This document shows, one piece after another, positions 37,715-47,830 of a stretch of DNA of 64,000 bases (its first letter is position 1; every line of letters starts with the position of its first letter). Made by a program: the position numbers and the translations under genes. Origin of the DNA: Thermoplasmata archaeon (GTDB lineage: Archaea; Thermoplasmatota; Thermoplasmata; Lutacidiplasmatales; UBA184); contig JAGWLG010000011.1 in NCBI GenBank assembly GCA_028864975.1, positions 1 through 64,000 of the forward strand. Reading direction: 5' to 3'. Under the pieces are notes generated by a model that searched no databases, was not told the DNA's origin, and saw only the letters and a list, made by a program, of their open reading frames with translations.

Positions 37715-40700
37715 GTGCATGGTTTCCCTTCGATGGCACGAACCGCTCCACGGTACCTTCGGGCATTCTGTGTGCTTTCCGTCGCGGCGCTTCTGACGGT
37801 CCCCGGCATCGCCACCGGGCACGCTCCAGCCCCACGACCAAGCTCCTTCCATCCCGCGCTCGAGGAGAAGCCCCCGAGGGCTCCCTCCTCCGCTCACCGG
37901 ATTCCAGCAAGGCTCCCGCACATGCTGGGCCACAACCCAGCCCTTCCGCGCGCTTCCAGCGCCGGTTCTGTGTCGAATACCCTGGTCCTACTGAACAACA
38001 CGATCGTCGGCGGGAACTTCCTGCCCAAGAACGGCGCGAACCCTTGGGACGGGGCCCCGGACCCGGCGGACAACGAACTGTTCGTCACAGACTCCTCTAG
38101 CTCCCAAGTGACGGTCGTCAATTCCGGCACGAGCGCCCTCGCCGGCGCTCTGCCCGTGGGGTCGGGCCCGTCCGGCATCCTCTACGATGCCTCGAACCAC
38201 GAGGTTTACGTGGCCAACTTCGGGTCCGACAATATCACGGTGTTCGATGCCACCACACGTGCGGTGGTAGCGTCCGTCCCCGTCGGCCTCGGCCCCATCG
38301 ATCTTGCCCTGGACACCTCGAACGGATACCTCTACGTGGCGGACTACAGCTCGTACAACTTGACGGTCCTCAATACGGCCACCAACCGCGTCGTGGGGTC
38401 CATCCCCATCGTGTTCACCCCTGCGAACCTCGCCTACAATCCCGTCTCCGGGGATCTCTACGTCGACGGCTTCTTCGGCAGCCAGGTCGCGGTCGTGAAC
38501 CCCACGACCGCCACGGTCGTCTCGACCCTGAACGCCGGGGCGGGGTCCGCGGGAATCGCTGTGGACAACGTCAACGGGGAGACCTACGTCGCGAACGAAT
38601 TCAGCTCCAACCTCACGGTCATCACCTCTTCGAACACGCTCGGTACCCCGGTCGCCATCGTGGGCTCCACGCCCGTCGACGTCGTCTACGACCCGGTGAG
38701 CCTTGACCTCTATGTGGCGGACGCCTTCAACGCCGTTTGGGTCATCACTCCCGCCGGGGGGCTGCTCGGTTCGGTGCCGGTCGGCGGCAGTCCCACGGTG
38801 GCCTGCAATAGCGTCACCGGGACCATTTTCGCGACCAACTACTATTCCGACAACGTGAGCGTCATCGACAGCGCGACGGGCAAGCTGCAAGCGACTGTGC
38901 AGATCGGGACCGGCCCGGACGGGCTCGCCTTCGATCCGACCAACCACGACGTCTACGTCGCGGACCAGGCTATGGACACGGTGGATGTTGTCGACCCAAT
39001 CTCGGGGCGGACCATCGCGTCCGCCCCGGTCGGCCTCCAACCGTATTCGGTGGCCTTCGACAGTACTAACGGCGATCTGTACGTCCCGAATTGGAACTCG
39101 AACAACGTGAGCGTGATCGACACCGCGACGAACCGCGATGTCCTCTCCATCACGCTGCCGGGGTACGACGGGGAGGCGTCGGAGTATGACGGCACGACGA
39201 ACGCCGTGTGGGTCTACGACCTCTGGCTCGGTGGTATCGACATCATCTCGGGAGCGACGAACCGCGTGGTGGGGAGCATCCCTCTGCCGGGTGGAAGCAA
39301 CCTCGGGGACTTTGCGTGGGACCCGCAATCGGGGACCATCTACGCTTCCACCACCGTGAACGGCTACAACAACGTCACGGTGTTCGACCAAGCGACATGG
39401 TCCGTCGTGGCGCAGGTTCCCGTGGGGATCTCCCCGCTCGGGCTGGCCTACGATGCCGCGAAGGGCGAGGTGTTCGTGGCCGACTCCGGGTCCGCGAACG
39501 TCACGATCATCAACACGACGACCTACCGGACGGTGGGATCCATCCCGGTCGGTGGCAGCCCGATGGCCGTCGCGCTCGATCCGCTCAACGGCTACCTCTA
39601 CGTGACCGACACCGTCTCGGGAAGTACGGTGGTCGTCGACACATCCACCGATTCCGTGGTCGGATCGGTCCCGGTAGGCCTGGGCCCTGTCGCCTTGCTT
39701 TTCGACCCGATCACCGGCAACGTTGTGGTGGCGAACCAGTTCTCCGGTTCGCTTTCCTATCTCACACCCGCTTCCGTCACGCCGGTCCTCACGGGGGTCC
39801 AGGCCACCCCGCCCTCCCGGACGATGGCCACCACCACCGTGGCGGACTTCGTCGCCGCGCCGGTCTGCGCGGGCGGGGCCTGCCCCGCCGGGACCACCTA
39901 TAGCTGGTCGCAGACCCACGCACTCGGGACGTTCAACACGACGGTGAGCCGCTGGGTGGCGTTCACGGCAGGATCGACAACCGGGACCGACACCCTCTTC
40001 GTGAACGCCACGCTCAACGGCGTCACCGTCCAGAGCAACCCTGTTGTCGTCACCATCACTGGCCCGATCCTCTCCGCCGTGGGCATCTCGCCTAGCCCGG
40101 CCTCAGTTCCGATCGGCCGAACGGTGTCCTTGTTGGCCTCGCCCAGCTGCTCCGGAGGCAGCTGCCCGAGCGGGACGAGCTACACCTGGACCCTCACGAA
40201 CGCGCTCGGAACGTTGTCCGGGGCCTCCGGCAACACCGTCACCTTCACCGCCGGTACCCAGGCCGGGACGGACACGCTCTTCGTGAACGGGACCCTCAAC
40301 GGTGTGCGGGTGCAGGGTAGCCCTGACGTGATCACGCTCTCTGCGGGCGCCGCCCTCGCGGGAGTAGCCGTGAGCCCCATCGCCCCCTCGGTCCCGCTCG
40401 GAGGAGCGGTCTTCCTCTCGGCCTCTCCCAGCTGTACGGGGGCTCCGTGCCCGACGACCATCACCTATGCGTGGAGCCTAACCAACACCCTCGGGCAGCT
40501 CTCCTCCGCATTAGGCTCGGGCACCACATTCCAGGCGGGGAACCTCGCCGGGCAAGCCACCGTCTTCCTCAACGCCTCGCTGAACGGGACGACCCGTGAG
40601 AGCTCGGCTTTGGTGACCATCTTGACGCCCTCGGTCTCGCTCCTCTCCGTCGCGATCACCCCGAGCTCGACGAGCATCGGCCAGGGTGGGGCCCAGACGT

Positions 40701-41404
40701 TCACGGCGACACCGACGTGCTCGGGGTCCTGCCCTTCCGCGGTCAGCTTCGCCTGGACGCTGAACAGCGCCTTCGGGAGCCTCAACCGAACCTCGGGCAC
40801 CCAGGTGAACTTCGCCGCACCGTCCTCTTCGGGCGACAACCTGCTCTTCGTGGTCGCGTCCCTCAACGGTGTGGAGCACACGGCGTGGGCGAACATCACG
40901 GTCGGGAGCGGGGGAGGGACCCCCACGATCCTCGGGGTCGCGGCACCTCTCGCCTACGGGCTTCTGGTGGTCATCGTGCTTCTCCTGGGCATACTCATTC
41001 TCATGATCGTCGTGGGGCGGCGAAGGCGTAAGCTCCCCTCGACCTCTCCGACCTCCGCGACCGCGGACGCTTCGCCCCCTCCACCACCTCCGCCGGCCCC
41101 CGAGCCCCCCGCGGACGACATCCCGCCTCCCCCTCCTCCGGAGACCTCCGCGGTAGAGGGGGAAGAGAAAGCCACACCGGCAGAGACCGAAGCAGCTCCG
41201 ACTCCGCCGAGCGAGGAGCAAGACGGGGAGACCGCGCAGTCCGGCCCCATCGAGCCCTCGCCGAACACTGGGGTTGAGGTGGAGGAGCCCACATGGACGG
41301 AGGACTCCGAGGAAGGTCCTGCCCCCGATGTCGAAGTGCAGGACGAGCCGGCAGGCGACGCGGGGACGCCCCCCGGCGACCCCTCCCCGCCGCCTTCGGA
41401 GTAG
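37715..41404 (+). CDS. Large surface protein: YncE/YVTN beta-propeller repeats, four Cys-containing Ig-like repeats, TM anchor, acidic Pro-rich tail
   Basis: Many YV(A/T)N-xx-S-x-N-V-S/T-VI repeats with G-x-x-P-x-G/A motifs, four roughly 92-aa repeats, and a TM helix near the C-terminus. Start may be 37734. Confidence 0.9.
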   Translation: MHGFPSMARTAPRYLRAFCVLSVAALLTVPGIATGHAPAPRPSSFHPALEEKPPRAPSSAHRIPARLPHMLGHNPALPRASSAGSVSNTLVLLNNTIVGGNFLPKNGANPWDGAPDPADNELFVTDSSSSQVTVVNSGTSALAGALPVGSGPSGILYDASNHEVYVANFGSDNITVFDATTRAVVASVPVGLGPIDLALDTSNGYLYVADYSSYNLTVLNTATNRVVGSIPIVFTPANLAYNPVSGDLYVDGFFGSQVAVVNPTTATVVSTLNAGAGSAGIAVDNVNGETYVANEFSSNLTVITSSNTLGTPVAIVGSTPVDVVYDPVSLDLYVADAFNAVWVITPAGGLLGSVPVGGSPTVACNSVTGTIFATNYYSDNVSVIDSATGKLQATVQIGTGPDGLAFDPTNHDVYVADQAMDTVDVVDPISGRTIASAPVGLQPYSVAFDSTNGDLYVPNWNSNNVSVIDTATNRDVLSITLPGYDGEASEYDGTTNAVWVYDLWLGGIDIISGATNRVVGSIPLPGGSNLGDFAWDPQSGTIYASTTVNGYNNVTVFDQATWSVVAQVPVGISPLGLAYDAAKGEVFVADSGSANVTIINTTTYRTVGSIPVGGSPMAVALDPLNGYLYVTDTVSGSTVVVDTSTDSVVGSVPVGLGPVALLFDPITGNVVVANQFSGSLSYLTPASVTPVLTGVQATPPSRTMATTTVADFVAAPVCAGGACPAGTTYSWSQTHALGTFNTTVSRWVAFTAGSTTGTDTLFVNATLNGVTVQSNPVVVTITGPILSAVGISPSPASVPIGRTVSLLASPSCSGGSCPSGTSYTWTLTNALGTLSGASGNTVTFTAGTQAGTDTLFVNGTLNGVRVQGSPDVITLSAGAALAGVAVSPIAPSVPLGGAVFLSASPSCTGAPCPTTITYAWSLTNTLGQLSSALGSGTTFQAGNLAGQATVFLNASLNGTTRESSALVTILTPSVSLLSVAITPSSTSIGQGGAQTFTATPTCSGSCPSAVSFAWTLNSAFGSLNRTSGTQVNFAAPSSSGDNLLFVVASLNGVEHTAWANITVGSGGGTPTILGVAAPLAYGLLVVIVLLLGILILMIVVGRRRRKLPSTSPTSATADASPPPPPPPAPEPPADDIPPPPPPETSAVEGEEKATPAETEAAPTPPSEEQDGETAQSGPIEPSPNTGVEVEEPTWTEDSEEGPAPDVEVQDEPAGDAGTPPGDPSPPPSE

Positions 41405-41466
41405 GGGCCCACTCCCCGCTCCGCGGCTTGAAATATCCCCCCTGAGGTGAGGCGGTCGTCCATTCG

Positions 41467-41661
41467 ATGAACGACGAGCAGCTCGCGAGGGAGATCGAGA
41501 CCATCCAGGAGATCGTGCGGGTCCGACTCCGCCGATACAACCGCGAGATGCGCGAGCTGGACCGCGACCTTCGTGAGCTCCGGGCGCTCCAGAGGGCGCG
41601 GCGCACTTCCCAGGTCAGCGTCGCGGAGCGCGAAACCGTCTCCGAGGAATCTTCTCCGTGA
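41467..41661 (+). CDS. Small coiled-coil protein coupled to mfnA
   Basis: MNDEQLAREIETIQEIVRVRLRRYNREMRELD...; its stop overlaps the GTG start of mfnA (GTGA). Confidence 0.6.
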   Translation: MNDEQLAREIETIQEIVRVRLRRYNREMRELDRDLRELRALQRARRTSQVSVAERETVSEESSP

Positions 41662-42881
41662 CCGCGCGCACCCGCGGTGCGCCGAAGAGCCCCCGAGTGC
41701 GCGGAGCGGTGTCTCCGACCCTGACGCTTCCCGACCGACCCATCCCGACAGCGCTGCTCCGGCGGCGCCTCCGGGAGGCCGTGGTCGAGGACTGGGACTT
41801 CTCCAACGGGCGGATCTTCGGGAGCATGTGCACCCAACCCCTCCCCGAGGCCGTGACGGCCTCTCGAGCGTTCCTGACCGCGAACCTCGGGAACCCTGGC
41901 CTGTGCCCTGGGACCGCTCGGCTGGAAGAGGAGGTCGTCTCGATGCTCCTCGATCTCTTCCATGGTCCCCAATTCGGCGCGGGAGGGTGGGTCCTGAGCG
42001 GCGGGACCGAGGCGAACCTTACCGCCCTCTGGATGGCGCGCAACGCTTCTCACCGGAACGAGGTCGTCCTCCCCGAGAGCGCCCACTTCTCCTTCGTGAA
42101 GGCGCTGGACCTCCTTCAGCTCGAGCCCAAGTGGGTCCCGCTGGACGCGGCGGGACGCTCTCGCCCCGAGGAGGTACGTCGGGCGATCTCCTCCCGGACC
42201 GCGGCGGTCGTCGCGGTAGCGGGATCCACGGAGCTAGGCGCGGTAGACCCTGTCCGGGAGATCGGGGAGATCGCCGCCGACCGGGGCGTTCCCCTGCATG
42301 TCGACGCCGCCTTCGGGGGCTTCGTCCTCCCGTGGCTCCCCGGGGCCCCGGGGTTCGACCTTGGGCTCACGGGGGTGACGAGTCTCACCGTAGATCCTCA
42401 CAAGATGGGCCTGGCCCCGGTCCCGGCGGGAGTTCTGCTCGTGCGCCACCGGGAGATGTCGGGGTCGATCTCGGTCGCGTCCCCCTATCTCTCCTCACCT
42501 CAGACGACCGGGCTCCTCGGGACCCGCGCATCTTCCGCGGTCGCGGCCACGTATGCGGCGCTGTTGTCCTTGGGAAGGCAGGGCTATTCGGCCCAGGCCG
42601 CGCGCACACTTCGGCTCACCCGAAAGCTCCTCGAGGGAGGCCGTCGCTGGGGCCTCGAGCCCGTGGTCGAGCCCACCGTCAACATCGTGGCCTTCCACCA
42701 TCCCAACCCCATGGGAGTGCAGACCTGGATGCTGGAGCGGGGATGGGATGTGAGCTCGATCCGCACCCCGTCGGCGTTACGGTTCGTCGTAATGCCCCAC
42801 GCTTCCGACAGAAGTATCAGCGGGCTCCTTCGCTACCTGGGGAGGGCCCTCGAACGCTTCCCCGCATCGCGACGGGGGTAG
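41658..42881 (+). CDS. mfnA: Group II PLP-dependent L-tyrosine/L-aspartate decarboxylase (MfnA family)
   Basis: RIFGSMCT, NLGNPGL, SGGTEAN, SAHFSFVKA, GSTELG, LHVDAAFGG, VDPHKMG (PLP Lys) and GTR. Confidence 0.9.
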   Translation: MTARTRGAPKSPRVRGAVSPTLTLPDRPIPTALLRRRLREAVVEDWDFSNGRIFGSMCTQPLPEAVTASRAFLTANLGNPGLCPGTARLEEEVVSMLLDLFHGPQFGAGGWVLSGGTEANLTALWMARNASHRNEVVLPESAHFSFVKALDLLQLEPKWVPLDAAGRSRPEEVRRAISSRTAAVVAVAGSTELGAVDPVREIGEIAADRGVPLHVDAAFGGFVLPWLPGAPGFDLGLTGVTSLTVDPHKMGLAPVPAGVLLVRHREMSGSISVASPYLSSPQTTGLLGTRASSAVAATYAALLSLGRQGYSAQAARTLRLTRKLLEGGRRWGLEPVVEPTVNIVAFHHPNPMGVQTWMLERGWDVSSIRTPSALRFVVMPHASDRSISGLLRYLGRALERFPASRRG

Positions 42882-42900
42882 GGACCCGAAACGGTCGGTC

Positions 42901-44331
42901 TCACTCTGGTATCGGGGTGAGCCCATCGGGACCGGGACCCGAGGACCGCGGGGCCGACCCCGTGCGGCGCTCCCCTGGGGTCTGGCCGTCGAACCTCCAG
43001 AGGTCGGTCTGCCCGAAGGTCCTCTGGCGGGAGAGGGGACGCAGCGTGGGATCCTCCTCGAGGACGCGAAGGGTCTCGTGGGAGGGAACGGCCGAGGAGA
43101 TGAGCCGGGTCCTTCCGCGACGGCCCCCGGAGTGGATCTCGGTGTGCACCAGGCCCAGCGTCTCGAACTCGGTCACATAGTCGGCGACGGTGCGCGTGCC
43201 CAGGGGCTTGTGGCCCAGCTGGTGGCAGAGCGTCGAATAGCCGTGGTAGACCTCCCCCATCGAGACTCCCTCGCCCCGGCGCTTCTCGGAGAGCGAGATG
43301 ACGACCCAGAGGAGGATCTTGTGCTGGAGCGTGAGCTTCCGAACGCAGTCCGCGATGACGTCCAATTCCAACTTGTTCTTGGCGTGGATGACGTGCTCGC
43401 TCCGGATGGTGTGGGAGCTCAGCTGGTCGGCGACCTCGGCACTCTTGCGGAGGAGGGCCAGGGCCCTTCGGGCGTCCCCGTGGTCCTGGGCCGCGTAGAG
43501 GGCGCAGCGGTCGAGGGCCTCGTTATCGAGGGCCCCTTCGACGAACACTTCCGCCGCCCGTTCCTTCAGGATGTCGCGGAGCTGCGGCTGGGTGTAGGGG
43601 GCGAAGGAGACCTTCTCCTCGGAGAGGCGGCTCTTGACGCGCGCGTCCAAGCGCTGGGCGAACTGGAGGTCGTTCGAGATGCCGATGATGCCGACGCGGG
43701 CCTCCTTGAGGTCGCGGTTGATCTGCGCGAGCGTGTAGAGGATCGACGTTCCGGCGTCGGTCCCGCCGCTCTTGCCGAGGCAGTCGATCTCATCGAGGAC
43801 CAGCAAGAGCACGCCCCCCCGCTTGTCCGAGAGCCGGCAGAGCGCCTGGTAGACCCGGTCCTGCGACCAACCCGTGGGGATCATGTCCTCGTCAGAGAGC
43901 CCCTTCTGGACGATCTGGTTCGCGAGGTTCTGAAGAACGGCGTACTCACCGTTGACATTAGCGCAGTTCAAGTTGAGGAAGGTCACCTTCGCGTCGGCGG
44001 GAAGCCGTTTCGCGAACTCCTTCTGCACCTGCGTGACGACCGCGCTCTTCCCCGTCCCGACCTTCCCGTAGATGAAGAGGTGCGAGGGAAGGTTCCCCCG
44101 GACCGCCGGGGCGAGGACGCGGAGGACGTCCCGGATCTCGGTGTCGCGGTGCAAGAGCCGCGACGGGACGTAGTCCTCTTGGAGGGGCCGCAAGCTTCCC
44201 TTGTAGAGCTGGCTCCCCCGTTTCAGGATCTCGTCGAAGACGTCCCCTGGGGAGGCGGCGGGCGTCTCGGGGGGCCCGCCCGAGCCGCCGGGAGAAGGCT
44301 CACTGAGCTGCTGCTCGCGCGGCTGGTCCAT
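42901..44331 (-). CDS. cdc6: Orc1/Cdc6 replication initiation protein
   Basis: LLHRDTEI, Walker A GKVGTGKS, Walker B LVLDEID, RVKSRL, GDARRAL and a C-terminal winged helix (GRRGRT). Confidence 0.95.
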   Translation of the reverse strand: MDQPREQQLSEPSPGGSGGPPETPAASPGDVFDEILKRGSQLYKGSLRPLQEDYVPSRLLHRDTEIRDVLRVLAPAVRGNLPSHLFIYGKVGTGKSAVVTQVQKEFAKRLPADAKVTFLNLNCANVNGEYAVLQNLANQIVQKGLSDEDMIPTGWSQDRVYQALCRLSDKRGGVLLLVLDEIDCLGKSGGTDAGTSILYTLAQINRDLKEARVGIIGISNDLQFAQRLDARVKSRLSEEKVSFAPYTQPQLRDILKERAAEVFVEGALDNEALDRCALYAAQDHGDARRALALLRKSAEVADQLSSHTIRSEHVIHAKNKLELDVIADCVRKLTLQHKILLWVVISLSEKRRGEGVSMGEVYHGYSTLCHQLGHKPLGTRTVADYVTEFETLGLVHTEIHSGGRRGRTRLISSAVPSHETLRVLEEDPTLRPLSRQRTFGQTDLWRFDGQTPGERRTGSAPRSSGPGPDGLTPIPE

Positions 44332-44544
44332 GGCACCGTGAAGAGGGAGCCGGCCCCGGAGCCCCCTTCAGGTGACCGACTTCGTTGAAGCAATTAAGCA
44401 CATCGGACGCGAAAGAGGAAGTTGCGCCTGGACGCTGTCTTCAACACGGGACCGGGGCGGGCGGGGAAGGGCTGCGCTTGCGCGGGGAGCAAGCGGGCGG
44501 ACGGGCCAAGGGTCCCGTCCCGGGCCGCGGTTCGGAGAGAAGGG

Positions 44545-44550
44545 CTTAAG
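44545..44550 (+). promoter_or_regulatory. Putative TATA box for leaderless mat transcript
   Basis: CTTAAG about 26-31 nt upstream of ATG 44576, with no SD sequence. Confidence 0.45.
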
Positions 44551-44575
44551 TCCGACCTGGCTAGCGCCGCTCCGC

Positions 44576-45781
44576 ATGCCCGCCGTCGAGCGCAACATCA
44601 ACGTGGAGCCGCTGAAGACCCAGTTCATCGAGGAGCAGCCCGTTGAGCTCGTGGAACGAAAGGGCCTGGGACACCCTGACAGCATCTGCGACGGGGTCTC
44701 CGAGGCCGTGAGCCGCGCCCTGTCGAAGATGTATCTCGATGAGTACGGAAGGATCCTCCACCACAACACTGACGAGACCCACGTCGTCGGGGGCCAGGCC
44801 ACGCCCGCCTTCGGTGCGGGGAAGGTCGCCCAGCCGGCCTACGTCTGCTTGGTGGGCCGCGCGACAACCGAGGTCAACGGCGAGAAGCTCCCGTTCCGAC
44901 AGACCGCGATCGATGCGGCCAAGACCTACATCAAGGGCGTCTGCTCCCACCTGGACGCGGAGAAGCAGATCGACTACGACTGCAAGATCGGTCAGGGCTC
45001 CGTCGACCTTCGCGGGGTGTTCGAACAGGAGGGCCACCTTGCCAACGACACCTCCTTCGGGTGCGGCTACGCCCCGCTCTCCGAGACCGAGACGCTCGTG
45101 CTGGAGACGGAGCGCTTCCTGACGCTCAAGCTCAAGAAGAAGGTCCGGTCGCTGGGTGAGGACGTCAAGGTCATGGGGTGCCGCCGGGGCGACGAGATCC
45201 GCCTAACGGTGGCCGCCGCGATGGTCGCGCGGGAGCTCAAGGGCCGGGACGACTACGTCTCGGCGATCCGCGAGATCCACGACGAAGTGGAGAAGAACGC
45301 GGCGAAGTACACTCGCCGCCAGGTGAGCGTCGACATCAACACGGGCGACAACTACGACAAGGGTGTCTACTACCTCACCGTCACCGGCCTCTCCCTCGAG
45401 AACGGGGACGATGGGTCCACCGGCCGCGGGAACCGCGTGAACGGGCTCATCACACCGTACCGGCCGATGAGCATGGAGGCGACGAGCGGCAAGAACCCCG
45501 TCACCCACGTGGGGAAGATCTACAACCTCCTGTCGAAGGAGATCGCGAACGACATCGTGAAGAAGGCGGGGGGCAACGTCAAGGAGGTCCACGTCCGGAT
45601 CCTCTCCCAGATCGGTAAGCCGGTCGACCAGCCGCTCGTGTGCGCCGTGAACGTGCTCACCACGGACTCGGCGAACAAGAACGAGGTCTTCCACACCGCC
45701 CACGAGGTCGCGGACGGCTGGCTCACGAAGGCCCACACCATCCCCCAGCTCCTGCTCACCTCGAAGCTCACCACGTTCTGA
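44576..45781 (+). CDS. mat: S-adenosylmethionine synthetase, archaeal type
   Basis: [47 protein letters not shown] and [12 protein letters not shown]. Confidence 0.96.
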   Translation: MPAVERNINVEPLKTQFIEEQPVELVERKGLGHPDSICDGVSEAVSRALSKMYLDEYGRILHHNTDETHVVGGQATPAFGAGKVAQPAYVCLVGRATTEVNGEKLPFRQTAIDAAKTYIKGVCSHLDAEKQIDYDCKIGQGSVDLRGVFEQEGHLANDTSFGCGYAPLSETETLVLETERFLTLKLKKKVRSLGEDVKVMGCRRGDEIRLTVAAAMVARELKGRDDYVSAIREIHDEVEKNAAKYTRRQVSVDINTGDNYDKGVYYLTVTGLSLENGDDGSTGRGNRVNGLITPYRPMSMEATSGKNPVTHVGKIYNLLSKEIANDIVKKAGGNVKEVHVRILSQIGKPVDQPLVCAVNVLTTDSANKNEVFHTAHEVADGWLTKAHTIPQLLLTSKLTTF

Positions 45782-45839
45782 ACGGGGGGGCCGGGACCGG
45801 GCGTCGCGAGCCGTCCCGGGGTCGAGCGGAGCGACGCCG

Positions 45840-47150
45840 ATGAGGGTCTACGTCGAGGCCTACGGGTGCGCCCAGAACCTGGGGGAGGCGGAGGCGCTCC
45901 GAGCGCTCGCGACCTCGCAGGGACATCTCCTCGCCGACCGCCCGTCGGAGGCGGATGTCGGGGTCCTCGTGACGTGTGCGGTCATCGGCCACACGGAGGA
46001 CCACATGGTCGAACGGTGGCGAGAGCTCTCAAGCGTGCTGCCGCACACCGTGGTCACGGGTTGCATGGTTCCCCTCCGCCAGGAGCGACTCACCGCTCCC
46101 GGGGCGCGGGGAACGACCCACCTGCTTCCGATCCGGGCGCAGGAGAAGCTCCCGGAGCTTCTGCGGTCCCTGCCCGGTCCCGGGGCGGTCGCGGCCCCCC
46201 CGGTCGGGAACGCCGAACATGGAGGGCTCCTCCAGGTTCGCCCCAAGGTCCCTCCGGCGGAAGCGACGGTCCACCGTGAGCTCGTCCTGGCCCAAGGGTG
46301 CACGAGCCACTGCACGTACTGCTTCTCTCGTCTGGCGAGGGGACCCCTCAAGAGCACCCCGCTCCCGCACTTGCTCGCCCAGGCACGCGCGGCGATCGCG
46401 GGGGGGGCGGTCGAGCTGCGGGTGAGCTCCCTGGACACCTCCTGCTGGGGCGAGGACCTGGGGGAGGGCGGTCCGCGCCTCCCCGAGGCCGTCCGCGAGC
46501 TCTCGGCCCTTCCCGCGCCCAAAGACTTCCGACTGCGCGTGGGCATGATGAGCCCGCAGACCCTTTCGACGATCTCCGAGCCCTACTTCGAGGCCCTCTC
46601 CTCCCTCCCCCGGATGTTCCGGTTCCTCCATCTTCCCGTCCAGTCAGGGTCCGACCGCGTGCTGAGCGCCATGAAGCGGGGCTACGCCGTCGAGACCTTC
46701 CTGAGGCTGGTCGCGAGGGCCCGGGAGCTCGTCCCCGACCTCATGCTGTCGACCGATGTTATCGTCGGCTTCCCCGGCGAAAGGCCCGAGGACCACGAAT
46801 CGACGCTTCGGCTCCTCGAGAGCGTCCGCCCCGAGGTCCTGAATCTCACGAGGTTCTCCCCGCGCCCCATGACCCCTGCCGCACGATGGGAGCCGATCGT
46901 GAGCCGCGTCGTGAAGGAACGCTCCCGGGAGGTCACCGCGCTCAGGCTCCGACTGGCGAGAGGAAGAATGGAACGGTGGGTCGGATGGAAAGGCCGCGGG
47001 GTCGTGACCGAGCATGGGCCCGAGGGGACGTGCGTCGCCCGGATGCCGAACTACCTCCCCGTGGTCCTGCCCGAGCGCCGACCCCTGGGGACCTGGCTCG
47101 ACCTCACGGTCCGCGGAGCGCGCTCGACCTACCTGCTCGGTGAGAGCTAG
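45840..47150 (+). CDS. mtaB: tRNA t6A37 methylthiotransferase (MiaB-like / e-MtaB), radical SAM with TRAM domain
   Basis: YGCAQN, VTCAV and TGCMV (UPF0004 domain), GCTSHCTYC, HLPVQSGSD, TDVIVGFPGE, C-terminal TRAM. Confidence 0.88.
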   Translation: MRVYVEAYGCAQNLGEAEALRALATSQGHLLADRPSEADVGVLVTCAVIGHTEDHMVERWRELSSVLPHTVVTGCMVPLRQERLTAPGARGTTHLLPIRAQEKLPELLRSLPGPGAVAAPPVGNAEHGGLLQVRPKVPPAEATVHRELVLAQGCTSHCTYCFSRLARGPLKSTPLPHLLAQARAAIAGGAVELRVSSLDTSCWGEDLGEGGPRLPEAVRELSALPAPKDFRLRVGMMSPQTLSTISEPYFEALSSLPRMFRFLHLPVQSGSDRVLSAMKRGYAVETFLRLVARARELVPDLMLSTDVIVGFPGERPEDHESTLRLLESVRPEVLNLTRFSPRPMTPAARWEPIVSRVVKERSREVTALRLRLARGRMERWVGWKGRGVVTEHGPEGTCVARMPNYLPVVLPERRPLGTWLDLTVRGARSTYLLGES

Positions 47151-47207
47151 CACGCTATCCGACGAGAGGGCGCGTCTTTATCTCTACGAAAATCGCTATC
47201 CCACGAC

Positions 47208-47708
47208 GTGGACGACATCGACCGTCGCATCCTCCAGCTGCTCAAGGAGGACGGACGGGCCACCAACGCCGAGGTCGGGACGAAGATCGGCCTCTCGGAA
47301 GGGGCGGTGCGCCGGCGTATCGCCCGCATGCGGGCCGAGGGAACGATTCTTCGGTTCACCGTGGTCACCCTCCCCCTGGGACCGGAAGGCCTGGTCCTGA
47401 TCCGGTGCCGGCCCGGGAAGACGGCGACCATCCTCGAGCACGTCCGGCAGAGGGCCACCGAGGTCTTCGAGTCCTCGGGAGAGTACGACCTGGGGGCCAT
47501 CATCGAGTGCGGAACGATGGACGCGCTCAATCGGGAGCTGGATGCGATCCGCGCCCTCGATGGAGTGGACGCCACGTTGACCCTGATCCGTCTCACGCGA
47601 TGGCAGAAGACCCCCCAGGCCGCGCCCGGAGGGGCGGCCCCGGTGGCTCCCTCCCGTGCCGCTCCCGCCCCTCCCCCTCGCCGACCCATGGGGAGCAAGG
47701 GGCGCTGA
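47208..47708 (+). CDS. Lrp/AsnC family transcriptional regulator
   Basis: DDIDRRILQLLKEDGR...IGLSEGAVRRRI HTH and SGEYDL RAM domain. Confidence 0.9.
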   Translation: MDDIDRRILQLLKEDGRATNAEVGTKIGLSEGAVRRRIARMRAEGTILRFTVVTLPLGPEGLVLIRCRPGKTATILEHVRQRATEVFESSGEYDLGAIIECGTMDALNRELDAIRALDGVDATLTLIRLTRWQKTPQAAPGGAAPVAPSRAAPAPPPRRPMGSKGR

Positions 47709-47830
47709 CCGGGGGGCCCGACCTCTCCTTGCGAAGGCGTCCGATGGCCCCGTGTGACGCTCGAGGATCGGCCCGGTGGGAGGTCCACGAGGGACAACCC
47801 GTGGGGACACCTAGAGGGGCCTAGAACCTC

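Noticed and set aside
44332-44575. RNase P RNA-like fragments (GAGGAAG..., GGAGCAAG, ...GAAGGGCTTA) and a possible oriC next to cdc6
   Set aside because: The putative P4 strands do not pair, the span is too short, and CTTAAG is better explained as the mat TATA box. No ORB-like TTCCA...GGAAA with G-string was seen.
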